Shown: positions 12,121 to 25,666, counted from the stretch's first letter. The stretch: DNA of 64,000 nt from Eledone cirrhosa (GCA_964016885.1 OZ024742.1:38068001-38132000), one strand, 5' to 3'. Made by a program: numbers and translations. Notes: generated by a model not told the origin, from the letters alone.

Positions 12121-14047
12121 AAATTGTTCTAAGGAAATTTGAATGGTTTGTACATTAAGCTTGTATTATAGAAGTATAAGTCCTCAGAAAATATAAATTC
12201 AATATATATTAATTTATTTTTACACATACACTCTATAATGTAGTGTCTACAGAGCTGAAAGTTATCATCATCATCACTATTTTACATCAATTTTTCTATG
12301 CTATCATGTGTTGTACAGATTGTTACAGACCCAAGTTACTACTTAATTGGAGCTACAGTTCTAGATTATTTAAGAGACTTCTCACTCAGACATTCTATTT
12401 GGTGTGTGTGTGTGTTCATGCACATCCAAATATTTTACATCAATTTTCCATGTTGTCGTGGGTTGGACAGAATGCATTTTGTGGGACCAGTACTACCACT
12501 TTATGTATATATTTATGTGTGTATATGTGTGTGTATACAGTTTATTTTGGATTTACTTCACACTTCTCTCTTTCCTGAGTGGTAGAATATAAAGGAAGTG
12601 GACAAAGAATAGAAAGAAAGAAGTGAACTTGGCAATGGTTAAGAACTGAAAGACAAAATCAACGGAAGTTGAAGAGTAAGGTTTCCAGGTTGTTGATATG
12701 GTGCTTTTCTTTGCATCCACAGGAGTTAGATGAGCCATAGATTGAGAGGTAGTGAGTGTTGTGGTCAGGCAAGTTAAAGTGAACTGTTCACAGAACTGAA
12801 TATCCAAAAAGTGCCCCATCTTGTCTATGTCAGTTGCTTGTTAAACAGTATACTACAGTGTTACCCATCACATGAAAGGGAATTGGGGGAGTGTATATTT
12901 GCCACTGTGTATATTTGCCACTGTGAGTAACAGTAGGTAAATAAAAAATAATTAAAAATAAACAAATAAATATATGGAAAATTAGTAACTAAATCCACTA
13001 CACTTATATTTGGTTAAAAGATTCATAATTTTGCTCACACACAAAGACTACATATAATATTAAAGTAAGCAGTAATTTGATAAAAACAAAAAAAAAATGG
13101 AATATATTTTCATTATATATATATATATATATACCATTAATCAAAAACAAGAAAGTCTAAAAAGAAAACCTAAACTTCACACAAACTGTATAAGCATTCA
13201 CATCAAGTATTATATATTAAAGATTAGGTCAGAGAAGGTACAATTGAAGTGGTAGATCACACTGAATGTGAGCTTATAGCCAAGTAGAAGTGAGGTTTGA
13301 GAGATGAAGAGGCAAGTATTATTTATCTTTTATGTTCACAATAACTATATCCACTTTCTTTTCACTAAATATATTAATGATTATTTTTAAACCAAAAGGT
13401 CGGCTTGCATATAATATATATATTTATATATATCTACTTTGAATGTAACTTTGCAAACATAAAAGAATGTTTTATATAAGACAGATTATCTCTTGAAATT
13501 CTACTTATCAAAGGCTTTTCTTTTTAAGTACAAGTTAGGAGAGATATGCATATCTGATTCATTAAAGTATTTCTCAAATAAAGTCAGTTCCTGTATATGA
13601 AAATGAATTATGAGAAAAAGAAAGTATTTAAATTATTGAGCTGGTTTTTATGGGAAAACAACGTTTATTCAAATCTCATATTAGATTATATAAATTGGAA
13701 TCACCAATAGTTAAAAAGTATAGAACACACATTTGCAAACCCAATGTGGAATTATTGTAAATAAAGATGAATATATAAAAAAAAAAAGATAATAAAAATA
13801 AATAAAATGTCAAATGACTCATTGCAATTTCAATCAGAAATTCAAAAGGTTAATCATTAATAATAAATGTCATGAGAAATATTTAATATGTAAAAAAAAA
13901 AAAATTAGTAAAAGAGACAATGTTTATAATTGCAGAGATAAATTGTTACTTTATCAGGCAAAAACAAAAACTGTTGTTTAACTGCATATCAGCTCTGGTC
14001 AAATAGACCTATGGACAAATGCATTCAAACTTGATCAAATTGGACCA

Positions 14048-14165
14048 TATATCGCATCACATCACATATCACATCACATATATCATATCTCATTGTATTA
14101 TATCTCATCATATCATATATCATATCTCATTATATTATATATTTCATAATATCCCATCATATCAT
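14048..14165. repeat. Degenerate (ATATC)n pentanucleotide repeat
   Basis: Directly visible catatc/catcac units. Confidence 0.8.
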
Positions 14166-14169
14166 GACT

Positions 14170-14745
14170 GCACAGGTGGGAGTGGGGATACTCTCAATTG
14201 TCTGACTGTCAGAATGTGTTATGGAATAGATCCTGTTAGGAGGGAGGATTTGCCTCTTGAAGCTTAGGCTGAAAGAAAAGTATTGTGGGTGGTATACATT
14301 TATGCACCAGAGTCTGAATACAGATCCTTCCTTGATGAAGTCACTGCAGCATTAAATGTAGTTACAACTGAGACATCAAAGAAAGAGTGATTGGAAGAAA
14401 CATCAATCCCAATCTAAATAATGGAAAGCCTTATTAGACTTCTATTCTAGTAATGGCCTCTCTATAACGAACACCTTCTTCCAGCACAAAGACATCTATA
14501 AATAAACATGGAATAATGGAAATCAGGGACAGAGATCAATAATTAATTTTGTTTTTGTCTCTGAGCTGGATGTTCATGTTGAAAGATGGGTCTAAGCTGT
14601 CAACTGATCACCATCTAGTTATCTTCAACCTGAGACTACCTAAAACCAAGAAAACCTACAAAGCTGACAGGTCCAGCTCGACCTACAGGATAAAATGGGA
14701 AGTGCTAGCTGAAAAGGAGGTCAGGACTAGATATGCTGTTACTAT
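14170..14745 (+). pseudogene. Degenerate RTE apurinic endonuclease fragment
   Basis: Motifs VYIYAP, NGLSITNTFFQHKDIYK*TW, LSTDHHLVIFNLRL, YRIKWEVL are typical of the RTE APE domain. Confidence 0.75.
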
Positions 14746-14779
14746 ACAAATTCAAAAAACTCTCTGAACAAACTGACAA

Positions 14780-15457
14780 TGGAAAAAGTTCAGAGTGAAG
14801 AACAGATTATATGATGCCTGTGTTCAAACTGTTGTGCTGCATGGCAGTGAGACATGGGCCTTGAGTGCAGATTTGCTGGATGTGTAATGCTAGAGAAAGA
14901 AAGAGAGAAAATGGGATGAAGTTGTGAAGAATGACCTCAAGAAACTGAACCTCACAAAGGAGATAACAGAGAACTGAACTGACTGGCAATATGCCATAAT
15001 ACAAAAGACCTGTCCACTAGCACAAGCACTGTGACATTAAAAGTAAAAGTGGTAAGAGACCAGAGGCTACTGCCACAACAAAAGGAGTTACAATCGAATG
15101 GAGACAATGTAGGATTCTGAGAGGGTTCTTTAGCTTGGCCTAGCTTGTGACAACCTCTGTAGTGCCAGTGCTTCGATAAAATGTGCCCAGTTTGGCTTGT
15201 AAAGTGTTAGTGGTGGTGCCCTGATAAAATGCACCCAATCAATTCTATAAGATGGTAATGCTAGTATCACAAAAAATGCATTCAGTACACTCTGTAAGAT
15301 GTTTGGCATTAGGAAGGGCACCCAGCCATTAAAACCATGCCAAATAAATATAGAATGTAACAAGCAAGATAGGTTGCTCCAACTTGTATGGTCTCAGACC
15401 TTGACAGCTCCTTCAACCTATGCCAGTGTAGAAATCAGACATAAAATTATGATGATC
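14780..15457 (+). mobile_element. Internally deleted RTE 3' end with tandem-unit 3' UTR
   Basis: RLYDACVQTVVLHGSETW, WDEVVKNDL remnants; 3' UTR with repeated agtg(c/g)tggtgcc..aaaatgcacccag..tgtaaag units; related to 25735-26290. Confidence 0.7.
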
Positions 15458-16868
15458 AGTATTTACATTGAATGTAGTAATTAGTTGTGAACCTGATTGC
15501 CAAGGACCAACTGTAAACTAGTCACCAATAAAATAATATAACATTCTAAAACAAAATCTAAGACTGCAATAGCCAATGTGATATGAAGATTCAGCTGATA
15601 TTTCTAATAGGTAGGAAACTATGTAGAGGTTGAATCCTCAGCATTTATACACTGATATGGAAATAACAGGTTTAATCAAATATGCTGAAGAAAATTTATT
15701 TCAACTACATTCAACAATAAAATCCTTCTTGCTAGCAGAAATCACATAGAAATATGCTTATCACAAACTAATAATACAAAATGGTGGCAAAGCATCCAGT
15801 CTAAATGTATTTCATGATATAAAACCTTAAAATACCCTATTATATCTAAATGATAAAGGACTGAATATACAGAGTAAAGATACTGTATCACAAATCTACC
15901 CAATCCATGCATTAATAAAACTGCAGAATTTTCATTGTGTTTATACCATTTTAATGCTTTTCATTGCAAACAATGCTAGATGCTTTTATTTCTTTGTTCT
16001 TCTCCATTCTCCAAGTTTATATGGATACTGTAGATTTTATTCGTTTATCTCTCTAGTATATAGTTATACTTACATGTATAATCAAAAATGGTTCTTTACA
16101 TATATGGCAACACACAAGACCATAGGATATTAGGATATTAGCTAATTTTATGTTGAATTTTTCATAAATAAGAATAACTTGGCATGATAGTAAAAATCAG
16201 GACACATTCTCCAGCTTAGGCATTCATTTCATTTTATGTTCACAAATATATCATCATCATCATGGTTTTTACATCCATTTTTTTCCATGCTGGCATGGGG
16301 TGAATTCATATGTATTCCCATAATAGTATAAACAATATGGTTATAAAAATTTACACCAATTGTTACAGCAAATGTTTTTACACCTGGATATCTTTCTTAC
16401 TGCTAACCCTCTCTCCTATCATGAAATTGAGCTAAAACATGTTAGTCAGTCAAGAAAACATAGATAAGCAAATTTTGTTGTTTGCCCAAAAGCTGAGCAC
16501 AATCAGGCATGAACTCATGACCATATAGTGAGTAGGTTCAGTACTTTGGTCTCACCTTTCTTTAAAATATAAGCATAAAAGACTCAGTGAGTGAATGTGA
16601 AGCAATGAGTTAATAATAGTAGTTAAAGATGCTGGACTATTCACCCCAAAATGAATGGCATCAATCTCTATTATTACTTATCAATAATGTAGGAAAGTGA
16701 ATTTACTTAAGTGGTTGGCATGGGATAAATGTGTTGCATGAAGATACTACCCTTTAATAGCATGATATTGCAAATTTATGTATACATGTATTTATTGATG
16801 TGTGTGTTTACTAATGCCTATAAAATATCTCTTAATTCTTCTCTCTATATATAAAATTTTATTTATAT

Positions 16869-17009
16869 ATGGTTAACTAACTCATTGACTATGTCTCTCT
16901 CTCTTCTCACACATGCTCAACCACCACCACTACCATACACTCATTTTTATTTGTTAGTATATATATATACATAAGAGAGAGAAAGACAGTCAATGAGTTA
17001 GTTAACCAT
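16869..17009. repeat. Inverted repeat, 22-bp perfect arms (MITE-like or foldback)
   Basis: atggttaactaactcattgact (16869-16890) and agtcaatgagttagttaaccat (16988-17009), with (CT)n/(AG)n extending the pairing inward. Confidence 0.85.
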
Positions 17010-17554
17010 CAAATATATTCTTATATTGTAGAAACCTTAAAAGTGACTGAAAGAAAAGAAAAACAATGAATGCATCAAAAACTTAAATTGTCTTTAGGGA
17101 GAAATTTCATTAGATATATTCAATGAAAAAATGTTTCAAGTAGATGATGCAAAAAACTTTCAAGTAGAGGATTCTTTAGTCATTTTTTCATTATTTTTTT
17201 TTTTATTATTATAATAGCATTTTCAGAAATAGCATTGTATTAAATAAATATTTTTTAATGCAATTCATTTATTTTTAGAAATTAAAAATTAAATATTAAC
17301 AAATGTTATCAAAACTGTAGCAATTATATAACGAAAAAACGATAAACAGTAGGACTTAAGAAGTAATAGTTTGTACTTGGATAGGTTTATTTCTGTAAAC
17401 AGTTCACTCAAAAGATAATTCTCTATTATATAATTTATAAATAACATTCAAATTGCTGTGTAAGATTCTATGTTGTCACTCAACCTTCTGAATCCAGCAA
17501 AAGTAGTAAGCATTTTAACTCTTTTGATGTACTCAACACCCTCAAATATGAACA

Positions 17555-17795
17555 GTACGCAATTAGAGAGCCCTCGTTTGCTCCAAATACTAGGTGTCAC
17601 CAAGGATCTTTCATGGCATATCCTAAACATACATAGAACTGCATCTAACAGACTGGCCTTTCAGAGTCAAGAAACATTTCAACTCCTAATAACTTCTGAC
17701 ACTTCACATTGTTCAGGTAAAACCCACAATGGAATAGTGTTCCCACGTCTGGGATAGTGCTGATGCCATACATACATCCTAGACAATATCTTCAA
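17555..17795 (+). pseudogene. Degenerate CR1/L2-type RT C-terminal fragment
   Basis: LQILGVTKDLSWHI..ASNRL and VQVKPTME*CSHVWD resemble LGV..DLSW..HI and RPxLEYCSxVW motifs. Confidence 0.6.
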
Positions 17796-17804
17796 ATGAT
17801 CCAT

Positions 17805-18850
17805 TCGTCTTCTTCTTTACCCACTTATTCCTGAGAGGGTCGTGGGAGCAAAGTCCTCAAACGCTCCTTTCAGCAGGTCCTGTTAAAAGCAACTGCCTCC
17901 AACTGATCTGGCTGGATCCCCAAGTGAGACCAGTCAAGCTTGTGGATGTTATCCAACCATCTTGCTCGGGGTCTACACGAGGGTCTCCTGCTGTTTGGTT
18001 TTGCCATAAAATCTGTCTAGCCATTCTTTCTGGAGACATTCTAACCATATGCCCATAGTATCGGGAGCTGTGATCCCTCAATTCGGAGAAGTAGCAGCTC
18101 TACCTGGAGTGACTTTCTGATCTCCAAGCTACGCACTCTATCAAGTAACGTTACTCCAAAGAACCTTCGGAGGAACCCCATTTCGGCCGCTTGTATTCGT
18201 GATCATATTCTTTCAGTCATTACCCAAGATTCACAACAATAGGGTTGGTTCAAATACCAAATTGAAGATAGCAAGTTTGGCTTTTACGCCTACCTCCCTT
18301 CTGATTATTGAATGCTAAAACCGGTGCATTACTGCACCAGCTCCTGCAATTCTTGCACTTAATTCAGCCGCTTGCCTTCCATCACTCATGAAGATGACCC
18401 AAGATACTTGAACTTCTCTACCTGCTTCAGTGGAACTACATTTACATGTAGCATGCACTGTGCAGGCTTCCATGCGAGGATGGGTGTCTCAGTTTTCACA
18501 GCACTGATTTTCTTTTCGGCCATGCAGCACTCAGCAACAAACCTATCGAGTGCAAGTCGGAGATCACCTTCTGTCAAGTTAAGTAAAACCATGTCGTCTG
18601 CAAATTCAAGCCGACTGATTATACGATTTTACATCTGCCAGTCATAATACCACTTCCAACCCAGCTGCACATGTTAATCTTGTTCATGTAAATAATGAAC
18701 AGGAGAGGTGACAGTACTCACCCTTGGCAAAGTTCGACTCCTACACTGAATGGTTTCAATTTAGCACCATTTATCCGAACACAAATACTTGGGCATTCGT
18801 ACAGAGACATCAGGGCAGCAAGAAGCTGACCATTGATCCCATACTCCTGC
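17805..18850 (-). mobile_element. RTE LINE, PHD-less lineage, 5'-truncated
   Basis: FADDMVLL, KISAVKTE..LKQVEKFKYLGS, RYYGHMVRMSPERMARQIL, RPRARWLDNI; short (AAG)n tail at about 17808-17816. Confidence 0.88.
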
Positions 18851-19730
18851 AAAATGTAAGTATGCATACAAGAAATAAAATTCTAATTTTGTTTTTAATT
18901 TTCGGCAAGCCAGCCATAAAATCGCTCAGTATGCAAATGAGGCTAATTAGCTGATGTATACTTTAAAAAATACTATATATTTTCAACTTTTCAATCGAGT
19001 AGCATAGAGGTATAAAGTCCTGATGAAGGGTAATGACCCAGAAACATGCTGATTGTTCCTCGATGCTACTATTGAACAAATGGATGGTGATAGCCATCAG
19101 GGCACAGCATAGCATAGTTGGGCCGTTTGCTTGCAAATGAATCTATAATTATTCAAAATAACCCATACTTACATATGTATATATGTGTATATATAAATAT
19201 ATATGTATAAACCCATGTTAGCATGGAAGATAGACGTTAAACGATGATGATGATGATGATATAAGTATGTATGCATACTTACAATTTTGCTGTTCTTTAG
19301 CATAAAAACTAGTTAACAAAAATCCACAAAATATCTTGGAAAATCATCCAAAATGAATAGGATGTAAAATATCAAAGCTAGTAAACCAGAGATTTAATTG
19401 GCATTTTTCTGAAAGATAATTTATTTAATTTTACTCTGCTAAGTGTAATTTTCTAAACAAGTCTAACAAAAATCAGGCAACTTTTAGAAATATAATAGTT
19501 TGTTATAATGAAATTATTCCGTTTTTGCTCTAAGATAGTCTTCGGAAAACCAAAATTTTTAAAGTTTCACATCATTCTACACTATAGAGTTAATACTTTC
19601 TGGAATTCTGTGGCTATGGTGGACTTTTGAGCGAAAATTAAGTTAAAAGAAATTAAAGCTGAAATTTTATGCTGACTTGAATGTTCTTTGTTGGAGCTTG
19701 CAACAGATCAGTTCCCCATGAAAATAATGC

Positions 19731-19800
19731 ATACTTTTGTGTTAAGCTACACTTTTGCTTGATTACCATCAAGCAAAAGTGTAGCTTAACACAAAAGTAT
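19731..19800. repeat. Perfect 33-bp hairpin with 4-nt loop
   Basis: atacttttgtgttaagctacacttttgcttgat-tacc-atcaagcaaaagtgtagcttaacacaaaagtat; arms checked as exact reverse complements. Confidence 0.95.
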
Positions 19801-20082
19801 TAGTGTGATAGAATGATACTCAATACAATGATACCCAATACAATGATACTGAAATGATTAATATCAATATTTAGAGACATTTCATTTTCCTAGTGTTCAA
19901 TTCAGGCTAGTCAGGTGCATTTGGCATTGCCATCAAGAAAACTTTGGGCTGGCTGAAAAAAACAGTACATGTCTAAAACCCTGAAATTAAAGAGGCAACT
20001 CCATCTAAAATAGTCACCATATGATAGGGACTTGATGTTGAGCAATAATTGACATTTAGCAAATCTGCTTTTATATTGTTTT

Positions 20083-20470
20083 CATGGCTTAGTGGTTAGA
20101 GCATTGGGCTTGCAATCGAAAGGTTGTAAGTTCAATTCTCGGACTGGGTGATGTGTTGTTTCCTTGAGCAAGACACTTTATTTCACATTGCTCCAGTTTA
20201 CTCAGCTGTATAAATGAGATGATAAGACTGGAGTCCCTATCATTCCACTGCAAAGTGGTCGTGGAGTGCCACGGCAAAAAAGCACCCAGCACTCACTGTA
20301 AATGAAGTTAGTGTTAGGAAGGGCATCCAGCTGTAGAAATCAAGCCAGAATCAGTTCCCGTATGAGCAAGACAAGGTCAGCCAACCGGACACTGCCCACA
20401 ACAGGACAACCCATCTAACCCATGCTGGCATGGAAGAACAGACGTAAAACGGTGATGATGATGATGATGA
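20083..20470 (+). mobile_element. tRNA-derived CORE-like SINE with RTE-type tail (family A), nearly full length
   Basis: A/B boxes, CORE-like body, RTE 3' UTR-like tail ending aacccatgctggcatggaagaacagacgtaaaacggt(GAT)n. Confidence 0.9.
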
Positions 20471-20479
20471 TATAATATC

Positions 20480-20830
20480 TCACCAGCAACCAATTTTTTC
20501 CATGCTTCCTTGCAGGAAATATAATCCTTTGTTATCTGGTATTAATGAAGTATCATTTGCATCAGCTCATGTGGCATGACATTGTCACCTTGAAGAAGAG
20601 ATACCATCTTGCCATCAATCATTGAACAGTTTTCCAGGTGGCATTCACATTTATGTCATTCACTGTGACACATGAACAAAAGTTTTCCCTGATAACATCC
20701 AAAGAAATCAAGTTCTACAGACAGCCCGTCTTGATCCTCTATAGCGTGTACCAATGAAACTGGATGAGCAAACACAGTGTTGTTTGGAACAGAGTTTGTC
20801 CAAATAACGTTATTAGTGAGCTATAATTCT
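20480..20830 (-). pseudogene. Highly degenerate mariner transposase relic
   Basis: Minus-strand peptides SLLQGDNVMPH (cf. LLHDNARPH) and FLQGSMEKIGCW (cf. FxxGIxKLxxRW). Confidence 0.4.
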
Positions 20831-21280
20831 AATGGGTAATAACATGACAACATAAATAAGGTCTTGTTTGCTGGGCCCAGAGTGCCATTTCTAAGTATGC
20901 CAAATCTATCCCTATGAAGTAATTGATAAAATTTATAAATCTATTATATTTATTTTCATGCCAACCACAAATCACGGAAAGTATACAATTTTTGCAGCAA
21001 ATGCCAAAAAAAAGAGAAATCAAGTTATATCTTCAAAATTAGGTGCTTTCTTTGAATAGTTTTAACTCCATCAGTTGCAGCTTGCCAAAATGCTTCCAAT
21101 AAGCTATAAACTACTTCTCTGCATCAAGTTTTTGCAGAGATATGAATTTATTCCCAAATTGGCATTCTGGGCACACTGTACAATGCTGACAGCATTTGTT
21201 TAATTTTCCAATGATTTATAGATTGCTGCTATAGTCCTTTTAGGGGTCATAGAAGAGAACCTATCAACTAATTTATATTG

Positions 21281-21480
21281 NNNNNNNNNNNNNNNNNNNN
21301 NNNNNNNNNNNNNNNNNNNNNNNNNNNNNNNNNNNNNNNNNNNNNNNNNNNNNNNNNNNNNNNNNNNNNNNNNNNNNNNNNNNNNNNNNNNNNNNNNNNN
21401 NNNNNNNNNNNNNNNNNNNNNNNNNNNNNNNNNNNNNNNNNNNNNNNNNNNNNNNNNNNNNNNNNNNNNNNNNNNNNNNN
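21281..21480. other. Assembly gap (200 N)
   Basis: Run of n characters. Confidence 1.
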
Positions 21481-22267
21481 GGTTCAATTGCTAATCCCCT
21501 ATGAAATGGGACCCTTATGCCTCCACGCACTTAGCCCAACGATCTTTCCACTGTTTGAAGCACATCTGGAATGCCTCTTCTGGAATGGCTTTCAGCTCTG
21601 CCAACACAGTCAGCATGATGTCTATTTGGCTCTCAAAGCAGGAACCTTTCAGCAGCATCATTCTTTTGGGAACAGCCAGAAGTCAGAAGAAGCCATGTCT
21701 GGAGAGTAGGGAACCTGGCAATTGGAACAAAATGCCTTGTTAAGAAACCTTGGATCAACTGAGATGAAACCGGGTGTTGTGTTTGATGCAGTTTTGCAGG
21801 GTCCACAGATTCAGTTACTGCACTGAACTGCGTCACAAAGATATTAAGATACTTTCTCATAGTACTCCTTTGTAACTGTTTGTACCTCTGCTGCATATTT
21901 GTGATGCACAACACCTTAGTAATTGAAGGGAAATCAGCATCACCTTGATTTTGCTCCTCACCTGATGTGCTTTTTTTTCAGCCTTGTTTACTTTGGTTTC
22001 TGGGTCATACTCATACACCCATGTTTCATCTCTAGTTAATATGGTCTTCGGGAACTTAGGATCCTTGTTGGCAGTATTAAGTGAAACAAAAATGCAACAA
22101 GTAAAAAGTACAGCACCCCACATGCTGGTTAATTGACAGTGACTGACACATCTAAAAAGCTTACCAAAAACCCATGTATGTGCATGAATGTATGCAGCTC
22201 CACTCTGCACACGTTCGTCTTTACTTCTCACAGGAAAAAATGAAGATACTTTTTGACAAACTTTGTA
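21481..22267 (-). mobile_element. Degenerate mariner transposon
   Basis: ILTRDETWVYEYDPETK..KKAHQVRSKIKVML (first D of DD34D); TIR-like tacaaagtttgtcaaaaagt at the right end. Confidence 0.82.
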
Positions 22268-22724
22268 CATATATAAATTAATACAATCGAGTCAAATTTG
22301 TACTATATGTAAAAAAATCATTCAACAAAAATAGTTTGCCAGCATGGGAAATGCACATAAAACGATGATGATGATGATAATAATGATGGTGATAAGACTT
22401 TGAAGTTTTCCATACCTCGGTATCACAGCATCAGAAAGCATTGCTAATGATGAATAATTATTCTAAAATACATGTATATAAAACTCTTCCACTGATACTA
22501 AGAGAGCTGTAATATGATACTCACAGTAAGACTATATGTATGTTTATCATTCATAAACATATTGTATAAGGGTTCATACATGGGTTTTATTCTTAATCAC
22601 ATGTTAGTTCTATTGCTAATTAACACTAATCAATCAAGTTTGCACTAAATAAGATTTCAATAAAAAGTTTATTTACATCAAATCATTTTTAGGATTTCTA
22701 ACAATATTAATGACAGAAAATTGA

Positions 22725-22935
22725 CAGAGTTATTAGAACATTGAATTAAATGCCTCAGTAATTGTTCCAGCTCTCTGCACTCTGGGTTGAAATCCTACTA
22801 AGGCCAATTTTGCCTTTCAACCTTTTAGGGCCAATAATTAAAGTACTAGTTCATAGATAGTTGAATGGCAGAATTGCTAAAGAATCAGAAGGTATCTGTT
22901 CTGGCTCTGTGCATTCTGAGTTCAAATCCCACCTC
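22725..22935 (+). mobile_element. Two adjacent degenerate Nin/Deu-type SINE heads (family C)
   Basis: ttgacagagttattagaac..gggttgaaatcc..tttgcctttcaacctttt..aaagtactag, followed by a second head with gagttcaaatccc. Confidence 0.6.
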
Positions 22936-25483
22936 CAGTCACCAAAAAAACAGTGACACTTCTTTGCATATAATTTGTGTTATCATTTTCACATGTTACC
23001 ATTATGTTTTTCTATTTTTTAAAGGCAAAATTTGCTCATAATAGTTTTGAAATATTCACATCTGCCTCCACAGATTGATATATCTGTTTCAAAAGATCCC
23101 ACTTTAGGGTGAAATCAGAAATTGTTTGCTTAAACTTTTAATCTGTGCTAACAATAAATATTTGCTCTATGGGTTTATATATACTGTATATATACACAAT
23201 TCTTATCAAGTCCTCTCTGGATTTGGGTATTTGTATTTATTATTACTACTATATATATATTTCTTTTAAAGTTTAGTCATGGAGAGAAGAACAGTGCCTA
23301 TGAGCCTTTTCAGCACCAGGTGGAAGTAGAAAGGTATCTTCAAACCCGAGATCTGGTTTGAATGCATACAACAGAGTGAACTCTGCTAAAAAAAATCAAG
23401 GATCAAAGGAAGAGGTGTTGAACCAGACAACAGGTTAAGTACTATACAAAATGAATCAAAAGAAAAAGAAATAGGAGTAAATGACTTCAAGAAGGTGTTG
23501 TAATAGCAAGTTGTTTAGTTCTGTATCAGCCGAAATGAGCACACCTATGATCTAAGGTGTCCCAACCATGACTATCTCATATTTTGGGGGGAATATCTGT
23601 GACTATACTGTCCAATGTGTGTTTCCTTTTTAATATAGTATGATGAAAGTTAAGAGAGGCTTGGCTGTTATTTCTAACAGATAAAACAACTGAAAAGGCT
23701 TCTTCATTGGCATGTGTTTATGAGTGGTAACATATATATCTATGTGGGTTGAATAAATAATTATGAACCACATGTTTTGAACATCTGATTATTACATAGT
23801 AAACAATTGTAGTAATAAACAAAATAATAAAATAAATGAGGAATTTATTATTGATCAGAAGTATAGAATTGTGAAAATATTAAAAGAAAAGGGACTACAA
23901 ATAATAAGCAGAAAGAGAGAAAAAAGCAGTAGAGAAAAGATTAATGAAAATAGAAGGAAGAAGGGAAAGGAAACCTCTACACTCGTGGCTAGGTGGTATA
24001 TCTCAAGGACACTCCACAGACAGGTTGGTGAAAGCATTGCCATGGAAAACATCAGACATTCCGCCTAACAGGGATTGTTCCTCATGCAGAGGAAAACAGC
24101 AGTCTGGACACCTTAAGACTTCAGTTGTGATGGGAACCTAGCCACATAAAGGCTCCTTCTGATGATATTCCAAGTGAACTGATCTGCACTGCATAATCAA
24201 GATTACCACAAATAACAAAATGTTATATATAAAGCAATATAGAGAATAAATGGACATTTACATAAAATATAGAAAACTAGTTTTGTTTTACATAAAACAG
24301 CATATAATTAAATAAATATATAAAAATCTCTCAAGTCAATTTATTTCTACCCACATTTTCTTTTTTTATTGTTACCTAGAATAATTGTTAAAATATATTT
24401 TAACTTTTAATTTGGATTTATGAAAGCTGGAATACAATAGAACAGGTCACAAGCTTAAGAACAATTGATAGCAAGTGTGTTGTTAATTTGGAAAAGCAAT
24501 GTTTTTTAAAACAAAAGTCTTTTGTTTTAATTAGATTTCACAATAAAGTAATATCCAATTCATGGAATGTGTTTGCTGCTTAAAAAATGTCAATTGTTTC
24601 ATTTTTGTTTTTGTCGTAAATAGAAATAAGTATTTGACAATTTGACAGCTAGATGCTCCTTCGTAGAATTTGTGCCTATTTTCAGTTAAGTTGACTGGAG
24701 CACTGAGTAAATAGTTATGTAACTACCATAAAACTAGTTGTTTCTGTATAATAATACTTTTGTTAGAGATGGGAAGAATTGTGAGAAAATAGTTTAGATG
24801 ACTTAAATATTTAAGAAATTCAGAAGTTGATACATAACTTTATTTTATACCAGCCTGTATACAACCTCCTCTGTTTCTATGAAACAAAACCACCCATTTT
24901 AAAAGGTTCTTATTTAAATTAAAATCTTTCATCATAATTTAACATAAGAACTTTTGTTCTGTTACAAAGACCTTTTTAATTATGAAACAATTAATGATTT
25001 TAATAAACACCTCCAAATTTTTCATTAATTAATTACAAAGCAGTGTATTTCATTAGAAATATGGTCATAAAATGGTAAAATATACGTTAATGTTTGACAT
25101 ATCTGAAGAAGCAGTGAAACCAGTAAAAAAAAAAGAAAAAAGAAAAAATATCTATCAAATCATACTTTCTCAGATTACGCCTCTCCAATCACTGCAACCT
25201 TTCTGTATTTATAGCATATGATTTACTTCCTATGAATACCTCATATAGCCCTTCTTTTTATAGAGATTTAAAAAAACAATTCTCTGAACTTTCCCTCTGT
25301 AAAATGGTAGTGTTGGTGCCACAGTAAAATGCATCCAGTACACTTTGAAAAGTAGTTGTTGTTAGAAAGAGCAACCAGTCGTAAAATCTATACCAAAATG
25401 TGGAACGTATGAGCAAGGTGTGGTTCTATAGCCATGATGATTGGTCTAACTCGTGACAGCATGGAAAGTGGACATAAAATAAT

Positions 25484-25666
25484 TGTTTCTACTTTTGGCA
25501 CAAGGCCAGCAATTAACCAATGCATTACTGGTACTTTATTCTATCGACCCCAGAAGGGTGAAAGGCAAAGTTAACCTCGGCGGGATTTGAACTCAGATCA
25601 TACAGGGAGGTAATTCTATGCTTCAAAGCATGGCATCCGATCCACTACCGATACTGCCAATCCACC
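25484..25666 (-). mobile_element. Nin/Deu-type SINE (family C) with 20-bp TSD
   Basis: Reverse complement of the 40669-40840 family; direct repeat gaaagtggacataaaataat at 25464-25483 and 25667-25686; inserted into the terminus of an RTE-tail element. Confidence 0.9.

Noticed and set aside
12600-12860. Possible CR1-type endonuclease relic (also 23980-24200 and 45800-46090)
   Set aside because: Too degenerate to support by eye.
21200-21709. ORFs spanning X runs; weak Tc1-like SMTPKRTIAAI peptide
   Set aside because: Artefacts of the N gap; the peptide similarity is too short to support a call.
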